Assembly: GCA_013265495.1 (NCBI GenBank)
Contig: MU058217.1
Coordinates: forward strand, 310,001 to 374,000
Origin: Vicugna vicugna
Taxonomy: Eukaryota
Length of the DNA: 64,000 nt
Reading direction: 5' to 3'
In this document: piece by piece, positions 52,254 through 64,000 of the stretch
Position numbering within the stretch: position 1 is the first letter of the stretch
Layout of the letters: each line of letters starts with the position of its first letter
The notes under the pieces: model-generated
The model's input: the letters and a program-made list of their open reading frames with translations, nothing else
The model's database searches: none
What the model was told of the DNA's origin: nothing
Position numbers and translations under genes: made by a program

Positions 52254-52711
52254 CTTTGGACTCCAGCTCTGGTTTCCAGAAGGAAACCCACCTCTGGACA
52301 CACTTTGGGCTGTCAGCCCCAAAAAGAGGGTGTGGGGAGACCATTGTCTGAGCTGGGCACTGGGAGGCTGGCCCTCCCCCGAGCAGGTTCCTGCAGGCCA
52401 GTGACACCTCAGGTGGCTGCAGGTGTGGCATTGGGAGAAGACTTCCCAGCCTGGTTGCAGGGGTCCCTCCCGCCTCCACCTTTGGACTCCAGCTCTGGTT
52501 TCCAGAAGGAAACCCACCTCTGGACACACTTTGGGCTGTCAGCCCCAAAAAGAGGGTGTGGGGAGACCATTGTCTGAGCTGGGCACTGGGAGGCTGGCCC
52601 TCCCCCGAGCAGGTTCCTGCAGGCCAGTGACACCTCAGGTGGCTGCAGGTGTGGCATTGGGAGAAGACTCCCCAGCCTGGCTGGGGTTGCAGGGGTCCCT
52701 CCCGCCTCCAC
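52254..52711. repeat. Near-perfect tandem duplication (226 bp + 232 bp)
   Basis: Copy 1 is 52254-52479 and copy 2 is 52480-52711. By eye they are identical except for one T/C change and a 6-bp indel (ctgggg) near the 3' end. Confidence 0.95.
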
Positions 52712-53561
52712 CCTGACCTTGCTAAAACTCCACGCTCCCCATCTCCAGGGATCTCTGGGTCATTCCTGCCCCTGCTGCTTCCCTCCAGAGCGGGAATCTC
52801 CGCCCTCACGTCGGCTGGGTGTCAGTGTCTGGGAGGCGGGGGCTCTTTGCTCGGCTGGGACTTCTCCTGTGTTCTCCCCTCAGGACCACAAGTGAGGCCT
52901 GTGCCCCTGAGAGCCAAGGGGCCTAGATTTACCTCCAGCTGCCCTGAGCCCCCGAACCAGAGACCGTGGCTGGGGGCCCGTGGGCCCGACTCAGCCGACA
53001 GAGGGGTTGGTTTGGCTCGCATGGTGTTGATGACGATGACAAACCTTGAATTAATTGCCAGCATTTAAACACAGAGACACTTCCTACAAAAAGCCCGATT
53101 CTCAGCATCTGTCAAATTATCATGTCAGCTGACAACCCTGGACTCCTCGTTCCGGCTTGACAGCAGTTGGTGGGAGCTGAAGGGGATCAAGCCCCTGGAT
53201 AGACCTTCACAGGCTCCATCCGCCACCCCCTCCTTCCCAAAGCGGAGGCTGGTCACCCCTCAACTCGAGCTGCAGCTTCCGTGACGTCCGGCACCTCCTT
53301 GTTTGTGTGGCTGCCAGGCATCGGAGTCCGCAGCTTCTGTTCAAAACCTCGGGGATTTTCTGCACTGTTCTTGCCTTGAACATCTGACGGCTCCCATGTT
53401 GGCAGGTGCTGGGGCTGCAATGAGTGTTAAAGACTGACAGGGCTCAGGCTTTGCCTTCCTGAGGCCCGCGGCTCCCAAAACAAGTTAGCCGGCTCCCCTT
53501 GGAGTGGATCTGGGGCTTGAAGCAACATACGTGGGGTCAGCGGCAAAGCCACGTCCACCGA

Positions 53562-53779
53562 AGGGATAGACTGGGATTTCAAAATTGTAGAATAGATAAA
53601 CAAGATTACACTGTATAGCACAGGGAAATATACACAAAATGTTATGATAAATCACAGAGAAAAAAATGTGACAATGAGTGTGTATGTGTCCATGAATGAC
53701 TGAAAAATTGTGCTGAACACTGGAATTTGACACAACACTGTAAAATGATTATGAATCAATAAAAAATGTAAAAAAAAAA
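53562..53779 (+). mobile_element. Young 5'-truncated L1 3' end with poly(A)
   Basis: Has AATAAA and an A-tail. Perfect 17-bp TSD aaagccacgtccaccga (53545-53561 and 53780-53796). Confidence 0.9.
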
Positions 53780-54610
53780 AAAGCCACGTCCACCGAGCAG
53801 GGAAGCCAGGGCATCGTCAACATGCTCAGGCAGGAAAGGCTGAGACAGAGCCCAGGAGCCCCTGCACTGCCCTCTCCCGGGCTCGGGCCAGCCCCGGGCA
53901 CGCACCCTGGAGTAGAATTCAAACTCCCCTTGTTCCTAGAATATATATTGTGAGATAAAATTCACAAGGCAGCCTCTCACCCAGGATGCTCAGCCACTTA
54001 ATTCCTTTCCCTGGAAGCAAATGAAAATGTTGCCAGTTTCCAGAAATAAACCAACTGTGTATCTTTTCCTTCCTCCTTTTTTTCTTACACTAAGGTAGCA
54101 AACAGGAAATACTGTTGTACATCTTGCTCCTCCGCCACCCACCCACCATATCAGCACGTAAGAACGTGCTCACATCTTTCAGCACAGATGCAGTTCCCGC
54201 TAGTGTCCGCCTCACACTTTTGAACCATTCACCTGTTAATGGACAGTGGAGTCGGGGTCCAGTCTTTGCTACAGATCGAGCCGTGGTGAAGACCGCGTAC
54301 CGCGTACGTGTTGCCACACCCAGAGGCCAGAGTCTCAGAAGGGCAGCCGCTGGATGGAAGGCTCTGGGTGTTTGCAGTGTAGACAGACCCGGTCCCGCCG
54401 CTCTCTAGAGAGTTTGAATCAATTTCAGCCCCTCTTGGGGGCAGGGGGTGAGTGCTGGCCGCTGGAGCGTCCCGGGACCCCTGTGTGAGTTCTCTAGCAA
54501 GCTGGCCCTAAAAGGAGGCGTCTTTAGTGCTGTGTCCTGGAACCAAAGCCTTCAGGGCTTCTCCCAACCCTCGAGTCAAACCATTTTCTTCCCTGTTCTG
54601 TGCCCTCCAG

Positions 54611-54700
54611 ATAAACTGCGTGACCTTTCCTCACCCAGACACGATGCCAGAGCAACAGCTGCTGAAGCCAACCGAGTGGAGCTACTGCGACTACTTCTGG
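54611..54700 (+). CDS. GAS7: GAS7 coding exon (~exon 6, 90 nt): start of the FCH/F-BAR region
   Basis: Acceptor ctgtgccctccag|ATA, donor TGG|gtgagc. Encodes INCVTFPHPDTMPEQQLLKPTEWSYCDYFW. Confidence 0.96.
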
Positions 54701-55154
54701 GTGAGCGGTGCCTCAGTTCCCCCCGCACTGTGGCCCCGGGGACCAGGAGTGGACACCCAGGAGAGGCGGGAGGGGCCTTGAGCTCAATGTGGAGTGATCT
54801 CTCCGGATGAAACTTCACGGGTTGGCAGTCGGTTGAGCACCTGAGGTGGGAACTTGAGACCCACTTGGAGTCCAGATCATTCCACGAATCTCAAAGTCAG
54901 CAGAGTTTTCATTCCTGAAAGCATGGAAACCGCAGCCAGAATGCTGGAGGGTCACTCTGTCCCTTAGTGATGGCAGGAGAGCAGGATCAACCTCATTAAA
55001 GGAGCCTGGGCTCCACACCTGCTCTGTCACTCTTGTTGGTGACCTGGGACAGGTGCTTCTCCTCCTGGACTGTTTCCATCAAAGTCACGAGGAGGCTGGG
55101 CACGTGGATGTGGGGGGAGCTGCAACTTTAAGAATTCTGTGGTCCCAGAGCCTT

Positions 55155-55325
55155 GGCATATCGTTTAACAGGGACAGAGTTTCCGTTGTGCAGGATAGAA
55201 AAGCTCTGGAGAGGGATGGTGGTGACAATTGCACAACAACATGAATGTGCTTAATGCCACTAAGCTGTGCACTTAGAAAGGGTTGAGATGGTAAATTTCA
55301 TGTGTATTTTTCCTTGATTAAATAA
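55155..55325 (+). mobile_element. L1MB-type 3'-terminal fragment
   Basis: gtttaacagggacagagtttccgtt...ggatggtggtgacaattgcacaacaacatgaatgtgcttaatgccact...atggtaaatttcatg. Confidence 0.8.
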
Positions 55326-56486
55326 ATGCCTTTTGGTCAAATGCAGAGTCCTACTCAGAAGCTCTGGGGGTAGCCTTAGACATTTGCATTTTAAAGTTAA
55401 CAATCACTTTTAAAATACAATCACCCCATTCTGGAATCAGATACCAGTGAATAGCACACCTAAAAAAAATTAACTTTTGCAAAGGCCCCAAGGAACAAGA
55501 AATAAAATTTTTAAAAATTGTTTTTCACCACCGTGCAAAATGGATTGTATCTACGCTGTTTTTAGATTCAGTAACCGAGTGTTGGACAAGAGTGCTTTTT
55601 TATTCCTACCAAATCGCTTACGCTTTAAAAGATAGTGGAAGATTCCTGTTGCCCCAGCTGTGTGTCTTCCAGATCTGAGATCTGGGCAGAGGCAGCAAAC
55701 AGGATAGAGATGGCTCTGGGTTTGACACCTTTGGGGCGGGGATGAGCAGGGATCAGAGACTTCATAGGCTCTCCGAGTCTGTTGAGTTTTACTCAGTTTG
55801 CAGTAGGAAGGTGCTGAGGGGTTGAAGTGGGAAGAAGGTGTGATCTGATTTATCTGTGTTGTGCTGGGAGGGCTGTAAGCAGCCAGGAGTGCCTGTTAGC
55901 AGGCAGGTGGGGGACACCGGGAAAGATGGTGGCAGCTGCGGAGATGGAGAGACGCGGCTGGGCTTGGAGACGTCATCCATAAAGAGGGTGCAGGAAACAG
56001 AGCGTGCGGGGAGACTGGCTCGAGCCCCGGGAATGGGCACCCAAGGAGCCGGAGTCAGCTTGTGGGGTATCGTGCAGGGGTGTCGGGGAGCCGAGGGGAC
56101 TGTGTGATTCTGCCACTCGCCCAGTTCTCACCTTGATTCCCACTCTCCTGGGACTCTGAAACTTAGCCCAGGGTTTCACCTTCCTGACCGCCAAGACCTT
56201 TTCCTCTCACAGAAATCTCTCTGCTGACCCAGTTATTAAAGCCCACTTCTTGCTGGTTTTTCCCAGTGTGGACAAAGCACTGCTTAAGCACCAGGGAACA
56301 TGGGGGAGCCGGGGCACCAGGGGGGCCACGAGTTGGGGCAGCTGGCACTGCCGCCCCTGTGCTTCCTTTCGGGATGAGGCCGGGGTTACTAAGGGCGTCC
56401 GGCTCCCTTCTGGGGCCTACGCTGCACTCCTCCTGGCTCCAGGTGCCGGTGTCACCTAGACACTCAGGCCTCTGTTTCCTTCCTAG

Positions 56487-56602
56487 GCGGATAAGAAGGA
56501 CCCGCAAGGCAATGGCACTGTGGCTGGGTTTGAACTGCTGCTTCAGAAACAGCTGAAGGGCAAACAGATGCAGAAGGAAATGTCGGAGTTCATCCGGGAA
56601 AG
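56487..56602 (+). CDS. GAS7: GAS7 coding exon (~exon 7, 116 nt): F-BAR
   Basis: Acceptor tttccttcctag|GCG, donor AAG|gtgagg. Encodes ADKKDPQGNGTVAGFELLLQKQLKGKQMQKEMSEFIRE(R). Confidence 0.96.
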
Positions 56603-56749
56603 GTGAGGCCTGGGCCCACCCAGCTCCGGGGGCTGGCGACCACCTTGGACCCTTAGCCTGAGGGAGTGAGCAGCAGGGGCTGAGCACCTCACACCCAGCA
56701 CTTCGGTTAGTGCACAGGGCAACGCAGGACTGGAGCCGCAGACTCACAG

Positions 56750-57065
56750 CCCTGGGGACATGTCTGGCTAGCAGATGTGTTGCTTTGGCCTATGTAGTGT
56801 TTTTAAAGATTTGAACCGACTTTTTAAAAAAAAACATTGGTAGGTTTCGCATTGAAATCTGGATAGCTAGCATCTCTGGGGAAAGCAGAAAGTTGGCCAC
56901 AGTGACTCTGCATCCCTCATAACATAAGTGATGCCGTAATTGGCTGGAGCTGCCCCTGTACAGGGAGCATGTGTGTCCAGTTTGCCACACTCTCCACCAC
57001 TCCCTACTGTCTCCCCACACAGACCCCTTTATTTACCTGTAGGGCCCTCATTTGAAGCACTGCTT
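56750..57065. mobile_element. MER102-like hAT relic (related relics near 53050-53340 and 19000-19140)
   Basis: aaatctggatagctagcatctct...ttggccacagtg...aattggctggagctg...ccagtttgccacactctccaccactccctactgtctccc. Confidence 0.6.
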
Positions 57066-59096
57066 CTCATCATAGCAAAAAAGGAGAATGTTACCTTTCA
57101 ATTCATCTTTCAGCCAAAACTATGTCCCGGGTCTGGGCATACGGAAACCCCTATCATCCCATCCCTGCCTTCAGGGAGCTCATTCTAATGGGGGAGTCAG
57201 ATAAGGTCCTTATAATCAGTGCAGGGATTCTAGTAGTGGTTTGCCTGAGCATGGATGAGGAAGTCGTGAATTCAGCCTAACGCAAGTGGGGAGAGCTACA
57301 AAGAAGAGAAACTCCTCCATCTCCCTCCTCCTCTCAGCCTCTCCAAGTTTTGAGACCCCGTTAAACACACACCCGCAGACCTGCAAACTCCCACATGTGC
57401 ACGTACCCCACCCCCCACACATGCACATATGCGTGCACACACACACACTTCCCTTCTCGAGTTTCCAGGACACACTGGAAATATTTGTAGTAAATGGCAG
57501 TGTGTTTTTAAAACATTTCTTTTTTGATGATAACAACGATGATCCAGTAACAATTCTTTGGCATTTTAAAGCGCCTGTTTCCTCTCGGTATAATCAAGTC
57601 TTTATTTTATGACCCATTAAACTAGTAGGAAGTTGAGAAGTGGCACAGCTCAGGTGTGAGAAAACAGCGGTGCAGAGCAGGCCAAGAGGAAAATGGCTGT
57701 AGAAGCTGACTGTGAGCACACTTACGGCTCATACTTTCACAAAGACATCACGTTAACAAGTAAATGGGGTGCTCCACGCAGAGACTCTGGTCTTCCCTGG
57801 GACAGGTGGGCTCCGGAGACTTCTCTCAGCCCACATGGGACCTGGTAGGGAGGCCCCTTCAGAGCCAGGAGGGGCCAGAGGTGAACGCCCGCTGGGCTGG
57901 AGGCCGGATGTCCACGTGGCCTCGGCTCTGGGGAGCGGTGCGGGTGCGGGCTCTGGAGGTGACGGGCCTCATGCCCAGTGCACGCAGTTGGCACTGATGA
58001 CGCCTTTGGAGGTTTGATGCTAAGGATGTGACATGGTAAGCTCTGCTTTCTAGAGAGGTCTCCTGCCTCGGGCTGGAGGCTAGAGGCTGCAGGCTGGCCA
58101 TCCTTGTGGTCCTGGGGAGGGGAGGGGAGGGACTACAGGCAAGTGAACGGAGAGCGAGTGATGGGGGCCAGAGGTAGATGGAGAGGGCGCTGAGGGCACA
58201 GCGGTGAGGGCAGGAGCCAGACTGCGGTCTCAGCACCAAAGCGGGAGATCATCCTTACTCAGCATGCTGCCACGGGACTTGATCGGGACGTCCTGCCTGC
58301 ATCCTCACACACCGCACGCATCAGCTTCTGTGCAGTCTGGAAGCACGTGCTGCAGCCCTGGGGGCATCTCTGGGGTTTTCTGTTTGCCGAGTGACAGCCC
58401 AGGGGCTCTGAGGCCCCTGCCTTCTGGCCAGCTCTGGTGATGATGGGCGCAGCTCCTCGGGGGACCGCTTAGGCGGTGAATAATTCCAGGACAGCACATT
58501 TTACGCGACATGCCAGATAATACAAAACACTCCCCAGAGAGCTGCCTAGAAACTGTGTCAAGGCCCTGCCTGCTGGAAGTGAAACCCAAGGCATCTTGGC
58601 TCTCTGGGGAAGTGGGATCCGGGCACTGCTGGTTTCCATGGAGATGCTTGTGCCCTGCAGGCTTGACAGGGGCACTGGGGGCTGGGAGAATGCAAATGGG
58701 CTGACACTGCCTTGCAGGGTCTCCACCCCGAGCTCTGGGGCTGGGAGAGGGGGACAGCAGTGGTCCATGAGTGACATTTACTCAAGGGTTTGCCAGACAT
58801 CCAGCCCTGTGCCAGGAGCTGCACAAGTGACAGCTCTTCATTGCCACAGCCAGGGACACAGGTGCAGACATCCCACCTTGCAGATGAGGAGATGGAGGTT
58901 CCAACAATTTTGTTCACTCATTCATTCAACAAACACTGATTAAGCACCTACTGTGTGTCAGGGGGATGGACAAGAGCCACGTTCTCAGAGCTAGTGGCCT
59001 GGTGGGTTCCTTTACGTGGTTAGTAAGCGGCAGGGCTGCAGGTCGGACCCACAGTCCGGCGCCGGGGAGCTGACCTGGACTTTTCTTGCTCTGCAG

Positions 59097-59171
59097 GATA
59101 AAGATTGAAGAAGAATATGCGAAGAACTTAGCCAAGCTGTCTCAGAACTCCTTGGCCGCACAGGAGGAGGG
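59097..59171 (+). CDS. GAS7: GAS7 coding exon (~exon 8, 75 nt): F-BAR
   Basis: Acceptor ttttcttgctctgcag|G, donor GG|gtgagt. Encodes (R)IKIEEEYAKNLAKLSQNSLAAQEE(G), containing the FCH motif R..IEEEYAK.L.KL. Confidence 0.96.
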
Positions 59172-59669
59172 GTGAGTAGGGAGTGGGGAGGAAGAGGGGA
59201 CACTCAGGAAGGGGGGGTCCCTTTTTACCCATCGCTCACCATGGCCATGGTCCCATGTGGATAGGGAGGTCTCCATAGTCCTGGCTCAAGGCTGCACTTG
59301 CACATTATCTCCTCTGTGGTGGCCACGGGCCTCCCGCCAGGTGCTGCGGTGTGTCAGGACCCCCTTTGGCCCGTCCCGTGGTAGCTGGGCACCGGCCCCA
59401 GACGCCCACCCCTGCTGCCCTTCCTCTGAGAGCAGGCTGGCGGGAAACTGGCTGTGTGAGGATTGACACAGCCCCTTGTTTAGGATTCCCTCCTGTGGGC
59501 CTGAGGCCCAGGCCGCCCGCCCCCGCCAGCTGCAGCAGCCCAGACCTCCCAGGCAGGGCCCTGGGCTGGGGGAGGCCCAGCCCCACCTTCTCAGCCACAG
59601 AAGAGTCCCTCGTTGGGGAAAGACTGTGGCCGTCTCTGCTCCGTCTGTTAGCAAAGAGGGTTCACCCCC

Positions 59670-60665
59670 TCCCTGCTGGCGGGAAGGCAAAATGGCGCAG
59701 CCACTATGGAAAAAAGTTCGGCAGTGCCTCAAAAACTAAACGTAGAATTATGGTATGACCCAGCAGTCTCACTCTTGGGTTTGTATCCAAAAGAACTGAA
59801 ATCAGATACTCAGATACATATACGTGCCTGTTCATAGCAGCAGGACTCACTGTAGCCAGAAGGTGGAAACAGCCCAAATGTCCATCAAGGGGTGAATGCA
59901 TAAACAAATTGTGGCCCCTCCACAATGGATACATGGATATATGATGGAATATTATTCAGCCGTAAAGAGAATGACATACTGATCCATGCTACCATGTGCA
60001 TGAGCCTCGAAAACATTATACTGAGTGAAAGAAGCCACACCAAGGTTTCATTTTGTGTGATTCCATCTGTGTGAAGCGTCCAGAGGAGACAGATCCATAC
60101 AGACAGAATGAAGATGGGTGGTGGCCAGGGCCTGGGGGAAAAGGGAGTAACTGTCTAATAGGTTTCTTTTCGGGGGGGGGGGATGTTTGTTTATCTGCTT
60201 GAGCTGCTGCAACAACACCATAGACTGGGCGGCTTAAACAACAGAAATTTAATTAATCACAGTTCTGGAGGCTGGGAAGTCCAAGGTCAGGTGGCGGCAG
60301 GGTTGGTGTCTGGTGAGAGCTCTCCTTGCATTGCCCGCTGCTTTTCCTCGGTGAGAGGAAGCAAGCTCTTCTGGTGTCTCTTCTTACAAGGACGCAAATC
60401 CTGTCAGATCAGGGCCCCATCCATATGATCTCATGTAATCCCAGTTACTTCGTTAGAGGCCCCACCTGCAAATTACAGCCACACTGCGGGTCAGAGCATC
60501 AACATATGAATTTGGGGGACACGAACATTCAGTCCATAACAGGATGATAAAAATGTCTGGGGACTAGAGAGAGGTGGTGGTTGCACAGGGTGGTGAGTGT
60601 CCTGGAAGCTTGTTCTCTTTAAAGTGGTTAATGTTGTGTTCTGTGAATTTCGCCTCCATAATGAC
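59670..60665 (+). mobile_element. L1MB-type 3' fragment interrupted by an MLT1 LTR
   Basis: aaaatggcgcagccactatggaaaa, tatgacccagcagtctcactc, ggaatattattcagccgtaaa. Resumes after 60541 with ggtggtggttgcaca. Confidence 0.8.
60186..60541 (-). mobile_element. MLT1 (ERVL-MaLR) solo LTR
   Basis: accatagactgggcggcttaaacaacagaaattta...cagttctggaggctgggaagtccaag...ttcagtccataaca. Flanked by the 5-bp direct repeat ggatg (60181-60185 and 60542-60546). Confidence 0.85.
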
Positions 60666-62189
60666 ACAAATGCAGAGTCTTGGGAGGTTAGAGTTGAAAG
60701 GTCCCCCGTGGTCCTCTCTCTAGTCCGACCTCCCTGCAGTGCAGTCTCTGGTTGAATCCCTCCTGCGAGGGGAAGTGAGCCCAAGGATGGAAGGCGCTCT
60801 GCCGTGGGATGGCTGGAGCGTGCGGAGAGCTGTGATGTCGGCGAGCCCAAGTCTGCCTGCGCGGCTGGAGTCCTTCAGGGGACGGGGCTTCGCCGGCCGA
60901 GTGCGGCTTTGAGTATGGCCTCCGCGTGGGCTTGCTGTGCAGCCAGGAGGCCGCCTCTGAATGGCTTTCACTGACCCAGCAGGCCACAGGCGGCCCCGCA
61001 GGGCCAGTGTCTCTCCCGGGGACGTCAGTGAAGTTGCCTCCAGCCTCCTGCTCCGAGCACTGGGCCTGAGACCAGGGCAGGAAGGGGGCTTTCCTGAGTG
61101 CCCCCGTGCCCTGGAACGCAGTGCTGCGCTGGTCTCCACCTCCTCGGCCTGGGCTGCTACCAGGGGCACTGCATCCCGCCAACATGCGTGGCACATGCTC
61201 CCAGCTGCACAAGACAGGCGGTATCACCACGCCGTACACGCAGCACCTACAAGGGGGCAGCCACCGCACACTCACGGGTGTGCACCAGCACTGCTCGTGG
61301 CCGTGAACACATACCCAACGGCCACTGCACGCACACACTGCGCTGCAGCCACCCCGCTCCTTCCAGCAGGCACGTCGGCCCCCTACTCACAACGTGCAGC
61401 TACACTGCGTGGCTTTGGGCATCAGCTCGTCCACCTGAAACTCACAGAGGGCAGTGCTGGAGCCTAGAAATTTGGGGCCGTCTAGGAAGATGCCGATGGG
61501 GATGCTTGAGACACGTGCATGTTGGTCAGTACATAAACAGAACCAGGAGATTTATTCTGTCTTCAGTTTTCTCTCCCGTGTGGAAAGGAAACGGGATTTT
61601 GGTCTTTTCTGGCTGGGAATTGTGACAGTCACATGCATTTTGCTTTGGCAGGCCTCAGACGGTCTACTGGCACAGGAATTACAGCTTGGGTTTGTTTTTT
61701 TTTTTTCATTAATCTCTTATCAGATGAAGAGATCTCTCTTCAGTGAGAGAATTTCTAAATTGCTTTTTTCTGCCTTGTGAAGCAGCTCCAAGCGGGGCTG
61801 GAATACTGGTAGCGGGGAGACCTGCCTGGGGATGTATTAGCTCAGAGAGGCCCATCTGAATGTTTGGAGTGACATCCTCCCCCCGTGAAGGCCCAGCCAG
61901 GAGATGGGGCCAAGGACATTGTCCTGAGTGTGAAACAGGGTTTCCTCCTTTCTTCCTGGCCACCCTCAGATGACAGTCTCAAGCCACTACTGCGTTCCCT
62001 GGTTCTCTGCTGACAGAGGACTTAGAAACTCTCAACACCACCCAGGGTTTCTTGGCTTCTGGGCTCTTGTGTGTACCTCCCGCAGGCTCACGTGTGGCTC
62101 GGCTGCAGGGACAAGCCCCCGTCTCCAGCCTCCTTTAATCAAGTCCCTGCTCCGCCCGGGACTGCCTCTGTAAGCTTGTTAGCTTTCAC

Positions 62190-62420
62190 TTTAGACCTGC
62201 GGTCCATCTTGAGATAATCTGTGTGTGTGGCACGAGATCAGGGTCAGGACCCCTGTTTCCCCTGTGGTTGCACAGTTGTCCCTGCACCATTTGTTGAAAG
62301 GCCGTCTGTTCCCCATTGAAATGCTTGGCACCTTTGATGCACCCTCATCGCCCGTATCTGGGTGAGTTTCTTTCTGGACCTGGTTTTCTGGTTTTGTATC
62401 TGCATGACTATCACGCCTGC
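62190..62420 (-). mobile_element. Old L1 ORF2-region fragment
   Basis: ggtccatcttgagataat...cagttgtccctgcaccatttgttgaaagg...ccccattgaaatgcttggcacctttg. Confidence 0.65.
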
Positions 62421-63774
62421 TTCCATTCCCTCCTTCCCCTACCGTGGACCCCTCACCCGTCTGCCAAATCAAAGTGAGGAGCCAGGCCACCCAGCGTTGC
62501 CCCAGCCCGGCTTCCAGGAGCTCAGGCCCGTCAGGCCAAGACAAATGTCAACAGCTTGGATGACCCCATTTCTCACTCCATCTCTTCTTGGTTGGCCCCC
62601 CAGCTGAGATCACCCGAGGGGACCTTCTTAGCTGCCAGACTTTAGATAAAAGCAATCAGTCATTTCGCATAGACACCCACCTCGGCCCCAGCCCGCAGCA
62701 CGACCGGACAGGCCTGGACTGTGGTCTCAGGGATCCATTCTGTTCTGTTGGGTAATTCTCAGCTGTAGGCCGCCGGGCTCAAAACCCAGAAGCCTCACAG
62801 TACGCTGTCTTTTAATCAGCCTTTGCTACTTGAGTTTAGTGAATTCTCTGAGGGAAGTGGCTTTTGGAAGAAATTGAGTCAACTGAACATTCAGCCGGGA
62901 TTTACCAGCTGGATGGAGAGGTCTCGAGTCAGGATGCTGGAGTATCATTTGGAAGTTCAGCGAGGTTCAAGAGTTCCAAATAAGGGAGACTGGAGCGTGG
63001 GGGCGTGCATTCGAAGGTCTTGGGGACTTCAGGAGATTGCTTCTATTTGGAGCAGCTCCCTCGAGTGGAAAAGTGATTTAGCTTAGAGGACTTTCTGTTC
63101 TGTTCTCTGCGGGCTCCGGGCAGCCCTGGAGCTCATATCCAGAATCAGTACTAGCCTGGGGGGGTGGGGGGCATGCTTCTGAGGGTGGTGATGGTGAGCT
63201 CTCTGAGAGGTCCCTTGACCCAGGTGGTCCGTCTTTGACCCCTCTTGAAAGTCAAGCCACTGGAGGTTTGCCTGCAAGCCAGGCTACATGGTACCTTCTG
63301 TTTGAGAAGGGCTTCTCCCTAAAAATGCAGCCGTCCTCCTTCCTTGGTTTGCCAGCAGGCATTTGTGCTCCTCAACAATAAACCCGGGAGCGGTGATGGG
63401 AAGGCAGCGGACAGTAACGGGCCAGGTGTCCGGGCCCTCACAGCACTGTACCCCACCTCCCTTTCACATCTCCCCAGTCCTCTGGGCCCCCTGATATTTC
63501 CCCAGGCACTCAGCTGTCTGCCGCGGTCTGTCCTCTCAGCTCCAAGGTCCTCAGCTCAGTTCGGGATGCCTCACCTGGTCCCATCGGGTGAGGTGTGGTA
63601 CCCGCGTTTGTTTTGTGCCCGGCCTCTGCCTCATCCAAGTCCACCGTCTCAGGGGTCCTGCGTTCCCCCAGGACTCGAGGTCGAGACCCACCAGCCAGCC
63701 TCAGGGAGGGCCGTGGTGTCTGACGGGAGGTCGCGCAGCCCTCTCCGAGCCTCACCGTGCCCTTGGTCTTGCAG

Positions 63775-63853
63775 GTCCCTGGGAGAAGCGTGGGCGCAGG
63801 TGAAGAAGAGCCTTGCGGACGAGGCCGAAGTTCACCTCAAGTTCTCCGCCAAG
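63775..63853 (+). CDS. GAS7: GAS7 coding exon (~exon 9, 79 nt): F-BAR
   Basis: Acceptor ccttggtcttgcag|G, donor AAG|gtaacc. Encodes (G)SLGEAWAQVKKSLADEAEVHLKFSAK. Confidence 0.95.
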
Positions 63854-64000
63854 GTAACCTCTCCCCGCGGCCTCCCTGGGTTGGTCCTACACAGCGATGT
63901 ACCGCTGAATGTTTAGCAAATATCTTTCCAGTGTGGTGTCACCCAGTTTCCATGGTGTAAATTTCAAGAGTGCAAAACACGTAGCGTTAGAGGGTCCTCC

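Larger units (their letters stand above)
9976..63853 (+). other. GAS7: GAS7 gene, partial (span of the eight coding exons seen; gene continues beyond both ends)
   Basis: The spliced translation KPGMVPPPPGEESQ...SLGEAWAQVKKSLADEAEVHLKFSAK matches mammalian GAS7 as I recall it. All junctions are GT-AG, and phases chain 0-1-1-0-0-0-2-2-0 with no stop codon. Confidence 0.97.

Noticed and set aside
52090..52809. 239-aa ORF with an internal repeat
   Set aside because: The protein repeat simply reflects the DNA tandem duplication, and there are no coding hallmarks.
1..64000. CRISPR array, operon, defence island or other novel multi-gene system
   Set aside because: The window is spliced mammalian gene sequence with no regularly spaced repeats, no prokaryotic gene organisation, no intact transposase or reverse transcriptase, and no nested gene I could support.

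Overview
Mammalian genomic DNA, most likely camelid, judged from a Vic-1-like tRNA-derived SINE and a young L1 3'-end family. The window lies inside one + strand gene, GAS7 (growth arrest-specific 7; SH3-WW-F-BAR protein). Eight internal coding exons are visible (about exons 2-9 of the long isoform). All have GT-AG sites and a fully consistent phase chain (121, 81, 86, 54, 90, 116, 75 and 79 nt). They encode the WW domain and the N-terminal part of the F-BAR domain; the SH3 exon and the 3' exons lie outside the window. The rest is intron, rich in L1, L2, MIR, MaLR/ERV LTR and hAT relics. The most interesting observations are: (1) two candidate internal start regions, each marked by the same near-perfect palindromic RFX X-box in opposite orientations; (2) an exon-5 acceptor tract that doubles as the coding N-terminus of a short isoform; (3) two very young 5'-truncated L1 insertions with perfect target-site duplications; (4) a near-identical 226/232-bp tandem duplication. 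I found no prokaryotic-type or wholly novel system, and the long ORFs in the track look spurious. Gene and repeat family names come from recall, not from database searches, and the boundaries of old repeats are approximate.
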